Shown: positions 32,201 through 46,476 of the stretch, one piece after another | Layout: every line of letters begins with the position of its first letter | How positions within the stretch are numbered: the first letter of the stretch is position 1 | Source: the human T2T-CHM13v2.0 reference genome, Homo sapiens | DNA length: 64,000 nucleotides | NCBI RefSeq assembly: GCF_009914755.1 | Contig: NC_060928.1 | Strand: one strand, 5' to 3' | Translations under genes and position numbers: made by a program | The notes under the pieces: model-generated | Database searches by the model: none | Seen by the model: the letters and a program-made list of their open reading frames with translations, nothing else | Told to the model about the DNA's origin: nothing

Positions 32201-32646
32201 AAGGAAAGCAGGTCCCCCTGAATACTAAAAGCAATATTGTGAGTCGGTTCATGGAAATCTGTAGTGTTAGGATTAGGCTGAAGAAGTAAGCGGAAAAAGA
32301 AATGCAAGGAACCACCTTAATTAAGCCTTTTACCACCCTTTCTCCAGGAGCTGAGGTGGCAACATTTTTTTGAACAACTACCACTGATATGGGAGCCAAT
32401 AGGATTTCTGTCCAGTACAAGCATATGGCCCATGAGTGGATTCAGCAGTGCACATAGGTTATTGGGGAGGGGCTGCTTCCCTGACCTACCTCTGAACCAA
32501 AAGATGAGGCCAGTGTAGCTGGTGGAGAAAGGTTACAGGAAGGGTGGCAGGAAAGTCAGGGCTTCAGTTACCAAAGGTGGATGGCTAAGGGGAGTGGACT
32601 CAAGATGGCTGGACTCCGAGTGAATGCACAAAATGGTGTCAGGCAG

Positions 32647-33420
32647 AAAAGACACATGAAAAAATGCTCATCAACACTGGCCATCAGAGAAATGCAAATC
32701 AAAACCACAATGATACCATCTCACACCAGTTAGAATGGCAATCATTAAAAAGTCAGGAAACAACAGGTGCTGGAGAGGATGTGGAGAAATAGGAACACTT
32801 TTACACTGTTGGTGGGACTGTAAACTAGTTCAACCATTGTGGAAGTCAGTGTGGCGATTCCTCAGGGATCTAGAACTAGAAATACCATTTGACCCAGCAA
32901 TCCCATTACTGGATATATACCCAAAGGATTATAAATCATGCTGCTATAAAGACACGTGCACACGTATGTTTATTACGGCACTATTCACAATAGCAAAGAC
33001 TTGGAACCAACCCAAATGTCCAACAATGATAGACTGGATTAAGAAAATGTGGCACATATACACCATGAAATACTATGCAGCCATAAAAAATGATGAGTTC
33101 ATGTCCTTTGTAGGGACATGGATGAAGCTGGAAACCATCATTCTCAGCAAACTATCACAAGGACAAAAAACCGAACACCGCATGTTCTCACTCATAGGTG
33201 GGAATTGAACAATGAGAACACATGGACACAGGAAGGGGAACATCACACTCTGGGGACTGTTGTGGGGTGGGGTGAGGGGGGAGGGATAGCATTAGGAGAT
33301 ATACCTAATGCTAAATGATGAGTTAATGGGTGCAGCACACGAGCATGGCACATGTATACATATGTAACTAACCTGCACGTTGTGCACATGTACCCTAAAA
33401 CTTAAAGTATAATAAAAAAA
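32647..33420 (+). mobile_element. Young 5'-truncated L1PA (approximately L1PA3-4)
   Basis: Open ORF2p C-terminus (32735..33208, ending MFSLIGGN), 3'UTR and poly(A); 17-bp TSD aaaat(g/a)gtgtcaggcag. Confidence 0.95.
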
Positions 33421-34639
33421 ATAGTGTCAGGCAGGTATTTAGGAGTTTGAGGGAGAATAAAGAAAATAGGGGCCTGGAATGTTGTCTTGAGGAGTTGACA
33501 GTCTCCTGAGGGAATTTGTTTGGGCAGGAGGTAGCAAGCCGACAGGGAGGCAGCTGTTCAATCCAGATGACTTCCCATACAACACACTGACTCATGGTCT
33601 GGGTTTTACCAAATCCTGAGCATGCTTTCCCAAACCAAAATATTCAGGAGAATTGCATTGTGCAGATGGTGGTTGGTTAAGGGCTTGAATTTTAGGAAAT
33701 GATGTCTAAATTAAGGTTAAAAATTATTTAAGTAATTTTTTTTCCTGAAAATTTGTTTGGGCTTAATGGCTATGTGCTATTGCTCAAATGCCAAATATTT
33801 TACCAGTAGAATTAAATTATTAAATTGAAGACACATAAAAAGACAGATTAGGAAGTAAGAGGAATAGGGAAGAATGAGAAAAATAGATGGTTCTAGGGGC
33901 ATAATGAGCTTCTCATTTTGTTGTCTCCATCTAGATCATCCTTTGGGCAAGAACCAGTTTTGAAGTGCTTAAAGAAGATAACTCCAGTTTCGCTTCAGTC
34001 ATCAATCATGTGTGATTCTGTGTAGGCAAAAGACAATCTCAATATTCATTTGACTAACTAGGGCTTTGAGGGTGTCGATTCTTCTGTCATAAGATAGTTG
34101 ACTCACAGGAAATAAAACAAGCTTCATACAGATAAGCTAAAGCTAGAAATGACTAGTGATCCAGGATATAAGAGAAGGAGGAGTTTATAAGTGAGAAAGT
34201 AAATCTGGGCTGGCTGGAAAGCAGAGGGTCTAATTACTTGGAGCAAAATCCACCAATTCAACAGTTTGTGAAAGCAACCGAGATCAGACAACTTCGTGGG
34301 AAAGAGTAGTTCTAAGAGGATCAGTGTTTGAAGGAAAAAAGAGCATACTTCTCAGAATATTTGGGATCTCCAGGGAGAGCAGTTCAAATGAAAGCTCAGC
34401 AGAGTGGCTGCTAGCTCAAAGTAGAAAGCTTCAGAGCCCTAGGCATACAGGAAGTTTCAGAACAGAAGAGTAGTTTACACTACTCAAATTAAATTAAAAA
34501 GAACCTCTTCCGGGATGCACTGTAGCCTAGGCAAGATGAGAATATGATGCACCTTCCCTTCTGTTTAAGGTCTTCTTGGCAGTTCTTACTTGCTCTGCCT
34601 TCCAAATTGCCAAAAGTTGAGGGCCATAGATTCAGTCCT

Positions 34640-34990
34640 GACTGTGTGATTTTGGGTTTGTTACGGAGTCTTAGTATCTTCATCTGGGAATGGGGATGAT
34701 AATTATGTTTATTCTCACTTAGTGCTTGTGTGGATCCAATTAAATAAAATGTGTGAAAAAATGTATTAAATTCCTAACAATGTATTAGTAATATACTTCT
34801 CAATTTCATCTATATTAGCTCAAACAACTTGCAAAATAGGAATTATTATCTGCAATTCACAGATAAGGAATCAGAGTTTCAGGGACAGAAAGGGATTAAC
34901 CCAAGATAATAATTAGAATAATACCATTGGAGAATCACTTATACATCTAGCACTATTCTTAGTGCTTTAGGAATGCTGTCTGATTGAGTT
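34640..34990. mobile_element. Cluster of MIR fragments in mixed orientation
   Basis: Core motifs ttcatctgggaatggggatgataat and cacagataaggaatcagag. Confidence 0.5.
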
Positions 34991-35614
34991 TGCAAAACGA
35001 CCCAGGAATGATGAATTTTTCAGGATTTTTGAGGCGGTATCAGGATCCAAAGGCTCTCTCAGGCTGGCAGTCCAAATACCAGCCTGGCCCTGACTTCCCT
35101 CACGGGCACATGTTGTAAGCTAAAATTTAAGCTCAAATCTCCTTATGTCAGTCTATTTCTATTATTTCAGTTGTCTGTTCTTGTTGTTATTTGTATATGT
35201 CTGTTCTTAAAAACATTTCTGCAAGAAGATTGGTTGCTTCTTTGATGCTGTCATAACATAGGAATCTTCAGGTTACATTGCAATAATTTTGGCTCCCCAA
35301 TTCTACACAGGTATGCAGTCAACAGATACGCAGTCTAATTATAGAACTCAACTTGTTCACCTCCAGCCTATAAGCTGATTCTTCTTGTCAATTTTCTCTA
35401 AAAGAACCCCAAGGCCAAAAGACTCTATTTCTCTAAAATATAATATATTCATTTGCAAACAATGAAATTTTAAAGGTTAAATATTCATTTGAAATTTTAA
35501 AATGGATTACTTTTTACAAATAATTGTGTTGGCAATAATTATGAAACATTTCAAGGGAATATATAAATATATTGATTTATTTTATGAATAAATGTGTGAG
35601 GATAAAGCAATGGA

Positions 35615-36620
35615 ATTCATGCATATCAGCCCATAGATATTTATTGAATGTCCAAATGTGCCCAATATGATTCTAGGTGACAGTTTCACAGCATTGAACA
35701 AGAAAATAAATTCCCCATTTTATGGTGCTTATAGTCTAGTATGACAAGAAATTTTTTTAAAAAACAATGAGAATTCTAAACAGTGTAATAAACTTGAGAG
35801 TGTTAGGGACTGGTAGATCAGGCAAATGTTCTCTGATGAGGTGGCATTTGAGCTGTGACCTAAAACATACCAAGGAACCAGCTAAGGGGGGACAATAAGT
35901 ATGAAGACCCAAACATCTGACCTATTTGAGAAGCAGAAAGAAGCCCCATGGGTTGATAGAGAGTGAGCTAGAAAATTAACACAAGGTAAGGTGAGAATGG
36001 CCTGCTCCTTAAGACCCATTTTGATTTTACTCTAAGTAAAATTGAAGCCATTGGAAGATCTTAACTAGGGGAGTAAAGAAATTACATTTCCATTTTTAGA
36101 AGACTGGCTTTTCCATCAGGTGGAGACTGAGCAGGGACAAGAATAGAAACAGACTCACGAGGACTTGCCTGCTGGCGCAGGTGAGAGTTCACAGTGGCTT
36201 GGAATTGAAGGACAGTGGTGGGGATGGAAAGGGGTGGTGAAATTCAGAATATGTTTTCAACCTACAACTTACAGGACTTGATGATGGATTTAATGTAAGG
36301 TTAGAGAAAAAGAAGAATCAAGAAGGCATTATGGTTTGGGGATTTGAGTAACTAAGTGGATGGTGGTGTGCTTTATGGAGATAGATACCATGGGGGAATA
36401 CAATATTTGGGGGGACAAAAGTAAAGATTTAAAAACTCAGGTTCTGGCCATCTTAAAATTTTTAAGATAACCTCCTAAACAAGCGAGTGGTGTTATCTGG
36501 TAGCCAGTTGAATATGGAAGTAGAAAGCTCTGTGGAAAAGTGAGAGCAAGAGTTACACATTTTGAAAACAAAGGCTTATAAATATTACCTAAAGCTGTGG
36601 GCCTTGGAATTGCTTAGAGG
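35615..36620 (-). mobile_element. L2 3' region
   Basis: Antisense L2 3' end (atatttattgaatg...ggtgcttatagtctagt) and purine-rich L2 body. Confidence 0.7.
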
Positions 36621-37899
36621 GAAAAGTAATTTGCACTGGGATAAAACTGACATTCTAAATTTGAGCAAATTTTGACCTGGGAATACCCGTATGCTCAAAC
36701 GGACTTCTGCCACCTTATCACTGTGGATAACAGCTGAGAATAATCTCTTTGTCACTGGTAGAGCTGATGGAGGAGTAAGGGACAGAGAACTTAAGCTTTG
36801 GGCTTTCTTCTACCAGAAATGCCACTGCAGGCAAGTCACTTAACCACTCAAAGATTTAGTTTCTTCCACTACAAAACAGGAATAACATTGCCTTTGCCAA
36901 CTACAAAAGCTCAAATAAGAAGCATTTGGGGCAAAGACTGTTTTGTACAATAGAAATGTAAGAGAACTTATCTTTAATATTTAATTGCACTCCATTAGGT
37001 CTCTTCATGTCCCCATGGCGTGGTCCCCAAGTGACTTAAGATACATTTGGATGCCATCTGCTCAACAAGAAGACTGACTGACAAATTTCAAGCACACAGA
37101 CAGCAACATCAGGGGACCTCTCTCTCTCCCAACCCTGGTGGCTTTTGATTTTACAGAAAGCAAAAGCATCTGATAAACAAAGCCCTGAGGTAGTCCTGAT
37201 TCCTCAATTACCCCTAAGTAGCAACAGATGCTGCACAGAGGGACTTGCTTCAGTGACCAATGCTCTCAGTAATTAGACAATGGAGGGAGAAAGTAATTAG
37301 GTAAACCACAAAGAAGTAGAAATAAACTGTATGGGATATGTTGGTCATGGATGAAAGACAAATTAAAAAAAAGTATAAAGGAAACATCTAGGAAAAAATA
37401 ACTAATAAATAATTTGCTTAATCCATGTTGAATAATCAATTTAAGCCTGTGAAGTTAAACCTGATTAAAGATATCCCTTAATTAAAAAGTTCCTACAATG
37501 TATTACTTAGAAAGAAACATGACAAGAAGAATAGATCTATTTTATGTCAACAACAGTTCAGTTAAATGATATAGTCCTGGCAAGGAGAAGTGGGAGAGAA
37601 AAGTTTGAGGTCTTATATACTTCTCATTTATTAATTGATGTATCATATCTCATATCTGCGGGGTGCACCAAATGTGAATTTAAACCAGTGTCACTAAAAA
37701 CAGGCTACAATCCAACTGCAGAACATGCTAAATCTTGGTCACCAGAAAACCACTACCCACCCGACAGATGTGTAAAGAAGCTCTAATTGGTTCATTTTCT
37801 CTTCCTTCAATTAAATAACTATATCAGAAGTACAAAAACCTCATGTAGGCCTTAGATAACCTTTTATTGCTGTTCTCTTTCCCATTCCTGTACTTTTAA

Positions 37900-38410
37900 T
37901 CATAGACCACAAAGAACATGGCCTTTGGAATTAAAATCCAGATTGCTCTACATTCTAGATATAGGCCTTCACACAAGTGAATGAACTTGTCTGTGAAACA
38001 TAGGTAATGGGAGGCAACTGTTGAGCCTGTAATAGGAACAAAGGAGAAAATGTCAAAAGTGTTTAATGCCTTGTGCTTAGAAGGTGTTCAGCAAGTGATG
38101 GCAATTACTATGCACAAAAGTTCAGTGGCTAGACTCCCTGCTCAAGGAAGTTTTGAGTGTGATAAAGTCATTTATTCAAGGAAGTATTAATCATAAGTTA
38201 ACCAACCACTTACGCTAATTCATTTAATCATCACAAGAACTTTATAAGGTAAATAGTAATATCCTTCCCATTTTCCAGATAGGAAATAGAGATTCAGAAA
38301 CATTGGGCTATTTTTCTAACGCCTTATAGCTACAGAGTAGCAAAGATAGGATTCAAACACTAGCAAGTTGGCATCATACTCCTAGTTCTTAGTTGGAAGC
38401 TATATTGCCT
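37900..38410. mobile_element. Two MIR fragments (plus then minus)
   Basis: MIR motifs, e.g. catttaatcatcacaagaac...cccattttccagataggaaatagagattcaga. Confidence 0.55.
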
Positions 38411-39214
38411 CCCTACTTAGGCTCAGTTTCAGCCTGGAATGCAAATCCATTTCTATTTGTTGTCTTTATTTTTGTTGTTGAGTTGTTGGTGAATGCCTGT
38501 TCTGAAAAATATCTCCTCAAAAGTACTGCTAGTTATCCGATGCTCTCAAAATTGACATAGCTCAAAGAAAGGCTCAATGGGAAAATTATTGTCTATATAA
38601 GTAGGCAATTAGAGGCACAGCCTGCCTAAAAAATCCTCCCTGTCCAGCTCAGCATGGCCTGAGCCTCCTCTGAGTTTCATCTAGCACAGTCCCAGAGGCA
38701 GTAAGACTCAATACTTCATGATACCTACATATAATTTGGTGGCAATAAAGATGTTTAAAGACTTGTGTTCATTTAGAATTTTAAAATGAGTCTCTGATAT
38801 ACATGCAACAATTATAGAATATTGCAAGAGAATTTCTAGAGCTTTAATTTATTTTACAGTGGAATTATAAGCAATAAAGAGAGAAATGTAAATGAGCATT
38901 AAATGCATCACCTTGGAAAATGAGCTCTAGGATTTCATGTATTTTTCTATTTCGTTTTTCTGAATTCTCTCATGTTCCTCCTAAACCAACTGAAATCCTG
39001 CTCATTCTTTTAAGACTTGGTCCAAATGCCTCTTCCTCTGAGATGCTGTTTTTGATGCCATTGTTACAATGAATTATACTTGCTCAGCGCTTCCATAGTT
39101 TTTGGTTTATGCCTTTATTTTGCCCTTACCACAATCTGCCTGACATTATTAAAGTTGTTTATCCTCATCACCTCCTGAAAACTCCTAGGAAGTACAAATC
39201 AGTGAGGAGGGGGA

Positions 39215-39580
39215 TATTGCCTGATGGTTAAAAGCAGGAGCCTCCAAATCAGACAAAACTCAGCTTAGATCCTGACTCCATCATTCAGCTTCTGTAAGAT
39301 CTTTAGAACGTAGACCGTTGAGAATCTAGGATTCTTAATCTGTCCAGTAATGATAATATGGGAGAGATATTATAGTATGAACTCAGACTCCTGGGTTCAA
39401 ATCTTAGGCTCACTACTTTACCAGTTTAATTCTAAGTTTTCTTACATAGAAATCAGGGATGATAAAAGAGCAATTACTCATAATGAAATGATAAGAAGTA
39501 ATTAATATATGTAAATTATTTAGAACAGCATATGGCAAACAAGTAAGCAATCAATAAATGTTAGTTACTTTTAATATTAT
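39215..39580 (+). mobile_element. Tandem MIR fragments
   Basis: tggttaaaagcaggagc..., cctgggttcaaatc..., caataaatgttagttac. Confidence 0.6.
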
Positions 39581-39782
39581 TATCCTGTAGAGTTGTGGTG
39601 AGAAATTCATGACATGCTGTTTGTAAAGTTAAGCCCATAATAGATGCTGAAAAAATGGTAGTTGTTGCTGTGTCCTCCTAGGGCTTTGAACAATGACTTG
39701 TCATTAGAAGGTGCCCAGAAAATGGTAGTTCAGGGAAATTCAATGTTTTATAAGGGATGTGTTACACTATAAGAAGCAAGAA

Positions 39783-40104
39783 GGCTAGGTGTGGTGGCTC
39801 ATGCCTGTACTCCCAGCACTTTGGAAGGCTGAGGTGGTAGATTCACTGGAGCCCAAGAGTTCAAGACCAACCTGGGCAACATAGTGAGAACCCCCTCTCT
39901 ACAAAAAATAAAAATGAAAAAAACTAGCCAGGCATGGTCATGTGCACCTGTGGTCCTAGCTACTTGGGAGGCTGCTGGTGGAAGGATTGCTTCAGCCTAG
40001 GAGTTGGAGGCTGCAGTGAGCTATGATTATGCCACTGTGCTCTAGTCTGGGTGACCGAGTGAAACCTTATCTAAAAAGAAACAAACAAACAAAAAACAAA
40101 AAAC
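39783..40104 (+). mobile_element. AluJ
   Basis: J diagnostics (gagcccaagagttcaagaccaacctgggcaacatag, gaggctgcagtgagctatgat); approximate TSD agaa(g/t)caagaa. Confidence 0.92.
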
Positions 40105-43100
40105 AGAATCAAGAAAATGGATGTCAATCAACTTATAATGAGGCAGCAAAATATAAAATAAGGCAAGCACAGGCCTTGTTTAATTCTTAGCCGTTGGTTC
40201 TCTTATTGCATCCTATGTGGTGAAGTAAGAGTTTTATCAATAGAATAAATGCAAAAATATACCTCTGTGCTTGGTATTCCCTTCAGCTAACATGCCATGT
40301 AAAAGGCAAAAATACTAAAGAAGATATCCTAAAACCCTCCATTCTCCCACTGGAGTTTTAAAAAAGTCAGAGCTCTATAATCATTTATAGAACACAGACC
40401 AGCAAGAGAGTAGGATTGTGAACATAGAAGATAATTCATAAGTTGAGCCTCTTATGATTTTTCCTTTTAGAAAAACATATAAAACAATGCCTGATTTATA
40501 GCAATTCATAAAGTATGAATGGACCTGACATTCAGGTTAATGAAGGCCCTTGCAAGTTGTAAATGCTGTGTCTGTAAAGCGATGAGACATTTTCTTGTGC
40601 AGATTGTCAGTTGGGGCACATTTCTATACATTTTTAAATGCCGAGCACAGAAAACTGATCACATGATTTTATCTTTTTTTTCCCCTAAATGGGCTACTAA
40701 AATACAGTACCTGCATATATAAAATCCAAAATCAGTTCACATTATTTAATACATGACCTAACAGACAAAGTATTTAGAATCAGCTCTCTCCTGGACAAAG
40801 CCTTAACCACCAAAGAGGATAAGCACTCCTTATTTATAGCCACGATAATATTTGAATTAACCTACCTAAGGACCTCTTGTCATTGTACCAGGACATATTG
40901 TTGTGAAAAAACTGAATTTTAATCATTAAACTCTAGGACGGTACACATCATTTACCTGGTACAGATGTATACTGAATTGCATATCCACATGACACTTTTT
41001 ACAATCATCCGCTTCCATAGAAAAAAAACAGACCTTCTACAAGTGGTGGCTTACAGAGTGAATATGAAGTTAATTTCCTATAAAAAAAAAAACCTTTATG
41101 TATTTTTTATGTACTTACCACTCTTCCCAAAGGATCAGGATGTAGATTAATCAGGAATCCTATTTGAGGAGAATACTGTTTTCATTTTCCTTCTAGAAAT
41201 ACAAGATGGCGGGCCTTTCTATATGTAGCTTGTATAATAAATAATGATTTATTGTGTGTCTTTTTTGTATGTTCTGAATTTGGAGCTTTCATCTTGTTCC
41301 AAACACAAACCATCTGCTCATACAGCTCTCCTACTCTAGAATGTAATTTCCCCTTTCCTCTAATTATTCTAATCCTGTTTCCTTTCTTCAAAAATTGGCT
41401 TTAGTCAGTCTTCCTTAGTTAGCCTCAGTGACTACGCTTTCTCATAAAATTTTTATGCAATCCCTAATATTCTTAGATACCCTAGGAAATAGGTTAGCTG
41501 TTAACTGTTTTTTTAATGATTTCAAGAGTAGTAGTTTAATTTCTCTAATTCTATTTAGAGTAAATTAAAGGCAAGAAGTAGAATTTTACTTAAGATATGC
41601 CATTTTTCTTCTTCAGTGCATTCAGGTTATTTATTAAAAACAACAACACTTGATTATGAAATTTACATGTGTACATTGCAAAGACCTTACAAGATATAGA
41701 AGAGCATAACAAAGGAAATGAAAATTCTACCAACTGGTGAGAACCATGACTGAAGATACACACACCTTCCAATCTTGTTATCTTGCACACACAGACACGG
41801 ATAGTTAAATAAAGGCCATATTGTGCATATTATCCTGCTTTTAAAACTTTCATATTCTTTTGTGTGATGAAATATCCTTCTGATAAATGATTTTTAATGA
41901 CTGATTAATATCCTATCTTATGAATGTATGTTTCACTCTAAAAATTAAATAATAGCTTATATTCATCAACTCTGAGTTGGGGATGAAATACAGTGGCTTT
42001 TACTTTCTTTCATCCCTCCTGAATTTGACATAGAAGAAAAGCCAGGAAATGAGATGGTGAAACAGGAAAAAGAGGGTTAAATATGTCTAAAAATGTATGA
42101 TGGATGGCCACATTCTAGATATAATTGTGATGTGTTTCCACATTGCCTATTATTTATTTTTTGTGATAATTTTTGTTATATTAATATAAAATTACACCAG
42201 CTAATGTAGATTTACCCATTTTAGAGAAAACCAAGAAATAATGGCTCTGTTAAACAATTTGAATCACAGGTTACTCCTATTTTATGTGCTAGTGAAACCT
42301 ATGGTGAAGGAGTCAGCACATTTTAAATTTAAGAGGAAAAAACTTTTCCAAAGAAAATTATTCTATACATAATACATGGATTCTTAAAATAAAACAGCTC
42401 CACAAAAGGCAAAAGATCTAACAATAGGTTGGCTTCAAATCCCATGTCTCTCCATCCTTTACTCACTAGATGTTCAGCAGCATCCAATCACCAGGCCTGA
42501 TCCCATTATTCAGATAGCTGCAGCTTAGGTAAGGGTGAAAGTGAGGGGACAATACAAGAAGTATGAGAATGAGATCTCACTAGCTCAGCATCTAGTCTAT
42601 CCTGCAATTGTCCTACTCTGATCTTGGGACTCCAGTAGCCCAGCAAATGGTCCTCCACTATCTTGCCATTTTCACTGTGGCTTTTTTTTTCTTACCTTGA
42701 AACCAGAACAACGTATAACTTGGTTTCATTCCTGGTCAAATCACTAACCTAATTTACTACCCTTCGATCCCAGTATTCCCATTATAAGAACCCTATTATG
42801 TGTCATTTCAATGTCTAGTATAGCTTGTCCCCTCCTACTTGGAAAGTCACCCAATTCTTAGGCTCAATATGAACAATATCCAAATTAGTATCTATATCCT
42901 GCATAAGCACCTAGAGGTCTTCTTTGAAAACTATATCTAAAGTAGTCTCTCTTTCGCCCAAGTCAAGTGCCTCTCCCCCAGATATGTTCTATCCAGTGGC
43001 CTCGTCTTTCTGTCTACATAGAACTTAACACTATCTGAAATGATTTTATATACAGGCTTTCTATGCCTCTCCCAATATAATTTAGATGAATAAATGACCT

Positions 43101-46100
43101 GTGCTTATTAATGCTTTCACTCTAGCTTCCAAGCCCCCATTCCTATCACAATCAACCCCAAAGCTTGTTGACATGTACAAAATGTATATTTTATTGTACC
43201 CCATATCTGGTCATTTGGCTTGCATTGAGTATTAGCCATCAAGGAATTAATTTCAAGAACATTACTTCAGAGCGTCAAGAAAGAACACAAGGAACACATA
43301 TGCAAACATATGCATGCCATTCTTTCCTATGTATTTAATAGGTATTAGTATCTATTGTTTTGGATTTATAGTATATGTGGTGTACATACAAAAATATGAA
43401 GACATATTCTCATAAGCATTCTATTGACTCTAGACATAATAAGTGGAGGCGAATAATTAACAGGAGAAAAACCTTAAAGTAGTTCATAGAAATGTATTTT
43501 ATATACTTGTCAAGATTAGTCTCCTTTATACATTTTCCACAGTTGTTTCCATAAAGAAATGTTCTTAGTTTTTAAGAAATGATCCCTCTTCGTAAATGTC
43601 AGCTTTATTGAAATCAAAACAATTTTATTAAACCATAAACAAACTCAGTGTTCTCTTAGGTTTTTAATTATTTCTTTCTTTATGAAAATAAAAAGAGTAT
43701 TAACACAAAGAAACAAAATATGAGGAAACAGAGTCGCAGTTGTAGGGGTGAATTATTTAATTTAAATGCAATCAACCATTAGAAATACAGTTAACAATGG
43801 ACAAGAGATACTCAGTTTTTCAGTACATGCTTATCTTGTGCTCAAGACACTTTTAGCCAATTAGCTGCTCAATTGACTAAGTACCTCCTACCTTACTTAT
43901 TTGAATAAGTAAGGAACTTCAGTAGAGGAATTCAATAAGCAGAAGAACTTCAGCAAGACATAATTATTATATAGCAGCACACAAAGCAGACACAAATCCT
44001 TGATGGAAAATAACTTATACAAAGCAATATGGCACCTAGCAAATTGATTGGTGTGGCTGTTTTCCTAATTTAGAAAGCAAGGTCATTGAAATTCCTAAAT
44101 AATTTGAATACTTTGGTTAAGAGTAGAGAATCAAATATCAAAGATTTAGTTAAAATTAGACGAAAAAGCCCTCTTCCTTACTGAATTTCTTTTTCCTAGA
44201 ATTTGTTCTTGTTTTACTTCTGATTAAATAAATATGCACACCCTTAAACATGATAAAAATATTTAAGAAGCTATTATTCTTTCATTGGGAAATGAATAGA
44301 AGTTACTCATACAATAATAGGTGACGTCGGAGGATTTGTGGAATTAAAAAATCTCAAAGAAAAAAATGACAAAAATGGACAGTAAAACATCCACGGGTTT
44401 ATCTGTAATACCCTTGAAAGAGTAGTTTTTAAAAAATTCTTCAAGAAATGGTGTAGTTGAAGATCTTAAAGTGCTAAGGAACCTAACAGTTTGGGGACTG
44501 TGTCTTCTAGGATCAACAATACAGTTCCATGATGACTTGAAATAATATTTTTTTAGTAAACTTGTGTTCGCTCATCAAGCATTTCTTGCCATTTGACAAG
44601 ATAAAATTATCTGTTGTTGTTTCTTAGTGTATTTTAAAAATATATATAAAAAAAGAAATTGAAGTTTTTTATACTGGTAGAACATTATTATGAATAAATT
44701 CTTGCAGCTGCTAATCTCTTAATTCTTGATTCAAATCTGGAAATATAAGTGATGATGGTGTTGTTACTGAAATTTACTTGGCTTTTTAAACAAACAGCAT
44801 AGTTAGGTCTTTGAACAAGATAGATTCTCTTAATTGCACTAGAAGACAGGTATTTGGTTCAAGTATGCCATTTCTTGAAGGCTGGCCACCACATTTGCCT
44901 AACAATTGCCACCCTAATTGCTTCTGCTGCTTCAGATTCCCTCTTTCTCCAGCAGGCAAACAAGAAAGCTTTATTTGTGCTTGGAAATATATCAAATCAC
45001 TCTAATGAAACTTCACTTTTCAGAAGTGCTGTCAAAAAGGTAAAAAGTGAGTTTCTTCTCTTAAAAATGAAAGATGGACAGATGAAAGCTCAAGTTGTAC
45101 GAGTGAAGAGTGCCTAGCCTTTCTTTTGCTCTTCAGCTCCATTTCCTAAAACACATTCTTTTTATATCTGATACAATCTGAAAACTCTCTAGAGAGAGAG
45201 GGAGAAAATAATAATAGCCTCATTTTTGATACTATAAAATTTTCTTGAGTTTTTCACATTTCTGCCTGTTTCTGAATACCTGGAAAAATTTAAAAATCTT
45301 TAATATTTAATTTATAGCACAATTTTTAGCTATATTTTTTAAAAATAATGTTCAAAAAATGAATTACATACCAATTATGGTCTCAATAAGTCATATTTTA
45401 AAATAAAATATTTTCAGCAAAAAATATAAATTTAAAACATAATAAAAATGCATGTTCCTAAAATACTTAGAAATTCCAACCACTAAAACCCAGTATAGAG
45501 TATATATATATATCTCAATTTGCTCCCAAAACTTTAGAAAATATATATATTAATATGTAAAGATTTTGATACTATAATACTATATGTGGTCTCTGTATAC
45601 GAAATTGAATATGTGCATGTATTGGTCTGTAAAACTTAGTTTAAAATAAAATATAAAAATACTACTGTCTTTCCGAAATATTTCAGAACCATGACAGGAA
45701 AAAAAAAAAAAGACCAGTCTATATAGTTCATATGAACCACATTTTTACTTTAAGTACCTCTTTGTAGCTAATTTCCTAATGGTATTTTTGCAGTCATACT
45801 TAATTCACATATAAAGTAGTTTCCACTCATTAGTTAAGTAGTGGACTGGTCTCAGAATGCACACTTTTAATTCATCCTTGGACAAAGTTACAAATTTTTA
45901 CATGTGACAGATATTTAGAGTTGCTTAAACAAGTCAAAGCTTGATTGAAAGTTAAATTCTCAAATGTCACTGGCATTTTCACAAAAATCAATATGGAAGA
46001 GTCAGGGAATGTTCTTGAATACGAGAGAAATGGGCAAGAATCCTGGAAATGCCATAAAGAACACAAAGAGAAATTATAGGTGGCCAGTCTCCAGTCCAGG

Positions 46101-46154
46101 TATAGAAAATTAGACAAACAGAGTTGCAGGAATGCTGGTTAGCAACAAAATGCA

Positions 46155-46330
46155 GTCACTACGTTAGACTGAGTGCTGGGCATGGAATGTGAGATCAGCA
46201 GACCTGGTTGAGAGGCAAAACTATCATCACTGAACCCTGTATCCTTGGGCAGCAAGTTAATTCCTATAAATTTGGAGAAAATAACACCTACCTTATAGAA
46301 CAATTTTAAAAATAGAACAATGTTCATAAA
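46155..46330 (+). mobile_element. MIR
   Basis: cagacctggtt...ccttgggcagcaagttaatt...ataacacctaccttatag. Confidence 0.5.
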
Positions 46331-46431
46331 AATTTGTCAAATATGTACTGATGTAAGCAATCTACCTATACTTTGCAAACTACTACACAAATTCTTATAT
46401 TTATTGATATAAATAAGATGGAATTTCTTAC

Positions 46432-46476
46432 CAAGGATGAATTCCAACTGCGGTTCATTTGGAGTCTTCTGGATAC
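46432..46476 (-). CDS. INPP4B: INPP4B 45-nt coding exon ((S)IQKTPNEPQLEFIL + 1 nt)
   Basis: Acceptor ttatttatag|GT and donor CTTG|gtaaga; phase 1-1 joins correctly to both neighbouring exons. Confidence 0.95.

Noticed and set aside
42690-42700. Strong minus-strand donor AAG|gtaaga
   Set aside because: I could not identify a convincing partner acceptor, and isolated donor motifs are common in long introns.
44780-45120. Three overlapping short ORFs in apparently unique sequence
   Set aside because: No recognisable protein similarity or splice signals; short ORFs of this size are expected by chance.
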